This document shows positions 59,182-64,000 of a stretch of DNA of 64,000 nucleotides, in pieces. The notes beneath the pieces were generated by a model. The model had not been told where the DNA came from. It saw only the letters and a list, made by a program, of their open reading frames with translations, and did not search any database. Positions within the stretch are counted from its first letter, which is position 1, and each line of letters begins with the position of its first letter. A program made the position numbers and the translations under genes. The stretch is from positions 5,796 to 69,795 of the forward strand of contig SFGS01000002.1 in the NCBI GenBank assembly GCA_004557565.1, given 5' to 3'. This DNA comes from Bacteroidales bacterium (GTDB lineage Bacteria > Bacteroidota > Bacteroidia > Bacteroidales > Muribaculaceae).

Positions 59182-59217
59182 AGCTTGAAATTCTGATTTC
59201 AGATTTCAAGCTTTTTT
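59182..59217 (+). terminator. Intrinsic terminator after tRNA-Glu
   Basis: Stem agcttgaaat/atttcaagct followed by a T run. Confidence 0.8.
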
Positions 59218-59237
59218 ATTTAATACAATATTTCGGC

Positions 59238-60056
59238 ATGGATATTTTTAATAGAGTGAAATTGCTGGTCGGCGACCAAACAATGGAGCAAATCCAAAAT
59301 AAGCGCGTGATTATTTTTGGCGTTGGTGGCGTGGGGTCATGGTGCGCTGAAAGTTTGGTGCGTTCAGGAATCAAGTACCTCACCATTGTGGATTGCGACA
59401 GGGTGGCAGAGTCGAATGTGAATAGACAACTAATGGCTACCACTAAAACGATTTCTATGGTGAAGGTGGATGTGCTGAAACAGCGTTTGTTGGACATCAA
59501 TCCCGATGCGCAAATCACTGCCATGCAGGAAGTATATACCCAAGAAACCAATCATCTGTTCCATCTTGAAAACTACGATTATATTGTGGATTGCATCGAC
59601 TCGCTTCGAGATAAATGCGCCCTTTTACTCAACGCTACAAACGGATTATGGGGGATTAAAGATGGAGAAAAGCCACAGCAGGAATTGCCTGTTGAAGGAA
59701 AAGTTTTTTCCTCAATGGGTGCGGCTCTTAAAATCGACCCAACAGCAATTAAGGTGGCTGAGTTTTGGAAGGTGAGGGGTTGCCCATTAGGAGCGGTGCT
59801 TCGAAAAAAGATGAAGCGCGCCAAACAGAAGCCTGGCAAGAAAATTCAATGCGTGTATAGCGAAGAGGTTTTACCAAACCTTGGAGAAGACAATGAAAAA
59901 ACGTCCCCAACATCTTATGTGAAAAATGATGCCGACATGGGAAGCGATGAACTAAATGCAAAAAAGAAACAAGTGAATGGCACCCTCGCTCACATAACCG
60001 CCATTTTCGGATTCACTCTTGCAGGTTTGATTTTACAAGACATCTATAAAAGTTAA
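59238..60056 (+). CDS. tcdA: tRNA threonylcarbamoyladenosine dehydratase (ThiF/E1-like)
   Basis: FGVGGVGSW, VDCDRVAESNVNRQ, IVDCID, SSMGAALKIDP, CPL, CVYSEE and AIFG. Confidence 0.88.
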   Translation: MDIFNRVKLLVGDQTMEQIQNKRVIIFGVGGVGSWCAESLVRSGIKYLTIVDCDRVAESNVNRQLMATTKTISMVKVDVLKQRLLDINPDAQITAMQEVYTQETNHLFHLENYDYIVDCIDSLRDKCALLLNATNGLWGIKDGEKPQQELPVEGKVFSSMGAALKIDPTAIKVAEFWKVRGCPLGAVLRKKMKRAKQKPGKKIQCVYSEEVLPNLGEDNEKTSPTSYVKNDADMGSDELNAKKKQVNGTLAHITAIFGFTLAGLILQDIYKS

Positions 60057-60059
60057 ATT

Positions 60060-60092
60060 AAAAAAACGACCACCAATCGGCGGTCGTTTTTT
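60060..60092. terminator. Bidirectional terminator between tcdA and the amidase gene
   Basis: aaaaaacgaccacc-aatc-ggcggtcgtttttt. Confidence 0.85.
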
Positions 60093-60114
60093 AGTTATGT
60101 GTCATTTTGACTTT

Positions 60115-62694
60115 TTACTTAACGAGGATGCGCTTAGCTTCAGTCTTGCCGTTGGTAACAACCTTCACTACATAAGCACCAGGTGTCAAGTTTGCAGTAG
60201 AGATTGTTGCGCTTGTTGCAGCAGGAGCAACATTAGCTACGGTTACACCATTCATTGCGTAAACGAATACCTTACCAATAGCTTCAGGAGCATTGATGTT
60301 GATAGCATTGCCGTCGTTAGAAATAGTGATGTTGCTGGTTGCGATTTCGTCAACAGAAGTGATGATGATATCGTCAAGAGTAGCATGTTGTTCTTCAGTG
60401 TTGTAGTGAACATATTTCAGTTCATCGAAGTAAACATCACCAGTCCATGCTTGTGAAGGTTCGTCTGGATCTTCATCAGCGAAGTCTTCAACATGACCAC
60501 GCCAAATCCAGAATGCATCGTATTGCCAGAGACCAGCCACCAATGTCTTTTCACCAGAAACGATTTCGTTTTCTTCGTGGTTAACATCCCATGTAACCAT
60601 TTCCCAACCACGGTTCATTTGGTGTTTGGTGTGACGCTTAACAGATGCTGCATCTGAACGGTCGCGAACACCATGGCCTGCCCAGTTGCCTGAACCGTCG
60701 CCATATACATAGGCTTGAATGATTGCGTCTTTGCCATCGTTGTAATATTTCGCACCATTCTTCTTGTAGCAGCGAAGTCCCCAGTATGGGTGTTGAGTGT
60801 CAGGATCGAATTGATAGTGAATCTTGAATGAAGAAGCTTGGCTTGGGTTGCTCACGAGGTTGCTTGTCACCATAGATTGGTCTTCCAATTGAGTGAAGCC
60901 CTTAGATGAACCTGAACCACCTGGAGAGAACCAGTCGTCAGGATTGTCAGTAGCGTCGATCACACCACTTGACTTCACTGTGCGGTATTCTGACAAGAAT
61001 TTGAATACAATACCCTTGCTCACGTTACCTGAGAGGTCTTTGAAACCACCCTTAACAGCCACCTTGTAGCACTTGTCAAGTTCCAAATCGTTGTCGAGAT
61101 AAAAGTGGAGAACTGATGCACCACCTACCACTGCGTGAGTGAGGCGACCTGTAAGAACTACACCTTCCTTGTTGGTCACTACGATTTCGTCACCAGTCAC
61201 GTCGTCTTCGTTCCATTGAAGTGGTTCGTTGAATTCAACGCGGATAACTGGACGCATAGTGTAAAGCATAGTTGAGTTTTCAGCAGGAGTTGTGCTTGTG
61301 ATGTAAGGTGCTTCAACGTCGGCTGGTTTGGTGGTGAAGCTAAACACATAGTTCCCACCTTCTGCACCGTCCTTATCGCCATCAAGGAATTGGTTGGTTT
61401 GAGAGTTCTTTGCGATTGAACCATCAATAGTGATAGTGTAATCCATATCATCCAACAAATCCTTTGGATTCACGCGGAGAGTGTAATCGTTGTCCCAAGA
61501 GAGTGCCACAACACCTGCATTATTGATAGAGAATGCTCTTTCAACAGAAGCTCTGTCCATATTACGAGAGAATGTGAACACAATGTCTTCCAGAGTGCTT
61601 ACAGCGGTTGGGTTAGTCACGCTCACGCCTGAAACTTGTGCAGGAGCATTTGATGTGAGAGAAATGTTAGCCCAAGTCACGTTGTCGCCAGCCAGTCCTT
61701 GTGGGTCGCTCTTGAGAGTCACCTTTTGTGAAGCTTCTGGGTAACCGTCAACCTTATAAGTCACTTCAACTTCTTGACCAGGCACCAGATCGTCTTCAAA
61801 CAAGAAGAAACCGTTGTGAACGAGGTTAGGATTCTTCACGTATTTGTTGAAGATTGATTCGTATGAGTCAGTAACAATGGTTTTACCATTAACTGTTACA
61901 GATACATTATTGATAGGTTGACCATTTTCAGAGTTGGTAACAACACCGGCAAGCATAATCTTTTCAGGGCGTGCAAGGCCACGGAATTCCATAATAGAAC
62001 GTGCGGTAGCAAAGCCTTCCAAGCGCTTGTAGCTTTCATTGATGTTCAATGCCTGTTGCATAGGCAAAGTGTGATAACCACCTTCGCTCAAGATTGAAGC
62101 CATGTTGGTACGGCGGTTCACAGAAAGGTATGGGTATTGGTTTTCGTGAGTGTCAACATCTCCATTGTAGAACACACGGTCATAGTAGTTACCACGAGTT
62201 TCGGTGTTGTACATCACGCCGGTGAGGTTCGGGCACATGATGTCGCCCATGCGCTTACCACCGTTAGGAGTTTTCTCTATATAATTCCCATTTGATTTCC
62301 AACCACCAAAGAGGAAGAGGGTAGAGTTCTTAGATGGAGAACCTGCATCAGAGTGGATAGAGTAGAAGAAGTCTGCACCCCATGCGTTGGCCATATCAGA
62401 ACGCTCGTCGAGATCAACGTATGCATTATCGTTGTCACGAGTCATGCCGATGGTAGTTTCATCAGCAGTGGTGTATTTAAACAAGAATGCACGGGTAGCC
62501 AAACCTACGCGCAACACTTTTTCTGCCTCAGTATAGCCATAAAGACCAGAGTTTTCGCGACCAGAGTGTCCTGGGTCAATCCAAAGTTTGAATGTGCCCC
62601 AATCCTGCTTAGTGATTTCTTGAGCCTGGGCGCTGCCGCCAAATGCCATTGATGCCAAAGCGGCAATCATAATATTTTTCTTATAATTTTTCAT
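60115..62694 (-). CDS. T9SS-exported N-acetylmuramoyl-L-alanine amidase (Amidase_3) + carboxypeptidase-regulatory-like domain + 2 Ig-like (Big_5) domains + beta-sandwich domain + T9SS C-terminal domain
   Basis: Signal peptide; Zn/catalytic residues in DPGH, TE, SIHSD and LSEGG; GVVTNSENGQPI; FTFSRNMD and VEFNEPL Ig repeats; terminal VYAMNG..LTPGAYVVKV..AKRILVK. Confidence 0.85.
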   Translation of the reverse strand: MKNYKKNIMIAALASMAFGGSAQAQEITKQDWGTFKLWIDPGHSGRENSGLYGYTEAEKVLRVGLATRAFLFKYTTADETTIGMTRDNDNAYVDLDERSDMANAWGADFFYSIHSDAGSPSKNSTLFLFGGWKSNGNYIEKTPNGGKRMGDIMCPNLTGVMYNTETRGNYYDRVFYNGDVDTHENQYPYLSVNRRTNMASILSEGGYHTLPMQQALNINESYKRLEGFATARSIMEFRGLARPEKIMLAGVVTNSENGQPINNVSVTVNGKTIVTDSYESIFNKYVKNPNLVHNGFFLFEDDLVPGQEVEVTYKVDGYPEASQKVTLKSDPQGLAGDNVTWANISLTSNAPAQVSGVSVTNPTAVSTLEDIVFTFSRNMDRASVERAFSINNAGVVALSWDNDYTLRVNPKDLLDDMDYTITIDGSIAKNSQTNQFLDGDKDGAEGGNYVFSFTTKPADVEAPYITSTTPAENSTMLYTMRPVIRVEFNEPLQWNEDDVTGDEIVVTNKEGVVLTGRLTHAVVGGASVLHFYLDNDLELDKCYKVAVKGGFKDLSGNVSKGIVFKFLSEYRTVKSSGVIDATDNPDDWFSPGGSGSSKGFTQLEDQSMVTSNLVSNPSQASSFKIHYQFDPDTQHPYWGLRCYKKNGAKYYNDGKDAIIQAYVYGDGSGNWAGHGVRDRSDAASVKRHTKHQMNRGWEMVTWDVNHEENEIVSGEKTLVAGLWQYDAFWIWRGHVEDFADEDPDEPSQAWTGDVYFDELKYVHYNTEEQHATLDDIIITSVDEIATSNITISNDGNAININAPEAIGKVFVYAMNGVTVANVAPAATSATISTANLTPGAYVVKVVTNGKTEAKRILVK

Positions 62695-62702
62695 GATTTA
62701 CC

Positions 62703-63542
62703 TTATTTAATATCAATAACATAAATATTACCATCGGCATCGTTGTCGAACGCCACCTTTGTACCGTCAGGAGATACCGACAAAGTAACAGGAATTACAT
62801 CACTATTAGGAGTGAGATTGTTTTCAACGCCAGTTTCAACGTTTACTGAGTAAATGTCGGAAGCAGTGAAGCGTTCGCCATTGTCTTGCAAACGAGCAAA
62901 CATCAAGTCCTTGCTGTTGGGAGCCCATGAAGCATGTGAACCCTTGCCGAACGACTTGAGGTTAGAACCGTCAACATCGCAAACAAACAAACCGTTGCTT
63001 ACGATTTGGAATGCGATTTTCTTGCCATCAGGCGACAAAGTTGGATTAAGCACCATCTTGCCAGCGAACTTTTCAAGTGATGGAATCAATTTTGTTGCTT
63101 CAGCAGGTTGGTCAACCATGATTTTGAGAAGGTTTGTAGCTTTCATCACCTTTGATTGACGGAAATTTCTTTGACCAGCTGCCACTTCTTGAATTTTGCC
63201 AGTCTGTACATCTACATTTTCGATGCGAACCATGCGCAGGTTGTCAACCACTGTGTAAGGCGTTGAAACGATTGTGGCTGCGTCAGCCCAATTCATTTTG
63301 TAACCAGCACCTAAAGCATCGGAAACTTGTTGGAGATTGGAACCATCAGCATTGGCAATCCAAATACCGATGTAGTTGTCGCCAGTAACAGCAATCTTAC
63401 TGCCATCAGGTGACCAAACAGGAGCCATAAGGCTTTGAGAAGATTTGATAAACAATCTTGGCTCGCTAACAGCCTTTGATTGTGCCATCAAACTGCTCAC
63501 ACTCAGCATCATTGCTGAAACGAGTAGCAATTTTTTCTTCAT
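62703..63542 (-). CDS. Exported TolB-like/PD40 beta-propeller protein
   Basis: Signal peptide and repeats PVWSPDGSKIA, PTLSPDGKKIAF, ASWAPNSK, SVSPDGTKVAF. Confidence 0.82.
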   Translation of the reverse strand: MKKKLLLVSAMMLSVSSLMAQSKAVSEPRLFIKSSQSLMAPVWSPDGSKIAVTGDNYIGIWIANADGSNLQQVSDALGAGYKMNWADAATIVSTPYTVVDNLRMVRIENVDVQTGKIQEVAAGQRNFRQSKVMKATNLLKIMVDQPAEATKLIPSLEKFAGKMVLNPTLSPDGKKIAFQIVSNGLFVCDVDGSNLKSFGKGSHASWAPNSKDLMFARLQDNGERFTASDIYSVNVETGVENNLTPNSDVIPVTLSVSPDGTKVAFDNDADGNIYVIDIK

Positions 63543-63596
63543 GTTCAGAAAAATTAATTAGTTAGTTAAAAAATAAGTTTTCGGTTTTATTTCCTC

Positions 63597-63604
63597 CAAA
63601 ATTA
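63597..63604 (-). promoter_or_regulatory. -7 box (TAATTTTG) for the beta-propeller/amidase operon
   Basis: Plus-strand CAAAATTA between the lon terminator and the ATG at 63542. Confidence 0.65.
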
Positions 63605-63645
63605 ATATTTTTTTTAAAACCCTACAATAAAGATTGTGTAAAAAT

Positions 63646-63679
63646 AAAAAAAAACTTCTGCGTTTCGGCAGAAGTTTTT
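63646..63679 (-). terminator. Intrinsic terminator after lon
   Basis: A9-cttctgc..gcagaagttttt stem, giving a long U-tail on the minus strand. Confidence 0.85.
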
Positions 63680-63696
63680 CGTTATGTGATTTAGTG

Positions 63697-64000
63697 TTAT
63701 TTTGTCGCAAGTTCATCGAGCAATGCGAAATTCAACACATCTTTTATGCATTCCACATAATGGAAGGTGAGGCCTTTGAGATATTTTGGCTCAATGTCGT
63801 TGATGTCCTTTTTGTTTTGGTTACACAGTATAATATCTGTGATACCAGCACGCTTTGCTGCCAAAATTTTCTCCTTGATGCCTCCCACAGGAAGCACCTT
63901 GCCACGCAATGTGATTTCGCCCGTCATAGCCAGTTTGCTGCGCACTTTCCTTTTGGTGAATGTGGAAATCAGTGAGGTGACCATTGTCACACCTGCAGAT
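63697..64000 (-). CDS. lon: Lon protease, C-terminal fragment (5' part beyond the window)
   Basis: SAG at the window edge, then [29 protein letters not shown]. Confidence 0.95.
   Translation of the reverse strand, partial: SAGVTMVTSLISTFTKRKVRSKLAMTGEITLRGKVLPVGGIKEKILAAKRAGITDIILCNQNKKDINDIEPKYLKGLTFHYVECIKDVLNFALLDELATK

Noticed and set aside
15881..63604. Recurrent intergenic CAAAnnTA / TAnnTTTG motif as a novel repeat
   Set aside because: It is the established Bacteroidetes sigma-A -7 promoter element, always oriented toward a gene start.
1..64000. CRISPR array, rRNA, IS element, prophage, invertible promoter
   Set aside because: No regularly spaced direct repeats, transposase, recombinase or phage ORFs, or long non-coding stretch were seen. 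The largest gaps are about 200-250 nt.

Overview
Core-chromosome window from a Bacteroidales bacterium, plausibly Muribaculaceae-like. That placement is inferred from TAnnTTTG promoter boxes, a T9SS C-terminal domain, an EF-G2 paralog and lineage-style insertions; it was not searched. The window holds 43 densely packed CDSs (the first and last truncated by the window edges) and one tRNA-Glu(CTC). Most are housekeeping genes: translation, tRNA modification and ribosome rescue (fmt, tsaD, tcdA, trmN6, dus, rlmH, trmH-like, rplY-pth-hslR, prfA, EF-G2, two ABC-F); replication and repair (holA, holB, dnaG, radA, uvrD/pcrA, AddB-like nuclease); metabolism (nadE, cinA/pncC, nspC, mutAB, pgk, pyrF, carAB, class II RNR); and envelope (TamB, DUF4421-like barrel, 4xLysM protein, porin-like barrel, PepO). 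I saw no integrase, transposase, prophage, CRISPR array, rRNA or recognisable defence island, and I cannot claim a clearly new system. The best leads are: a two-gene unit of a beta-propeller protein plus a T9SS-exported multidomain peptidoglycan amidase; a standalone HsdR_N nuclease domain in frame with an ATG-less uvrD; a candidate sRNA or small ORF between radA and hslR; structured leaders on EF-G2, rplY and carA; three apparently leaderless genes; and a short dispersed repeat at convergent junctions. All product calls come from motif recognition, not database searches.
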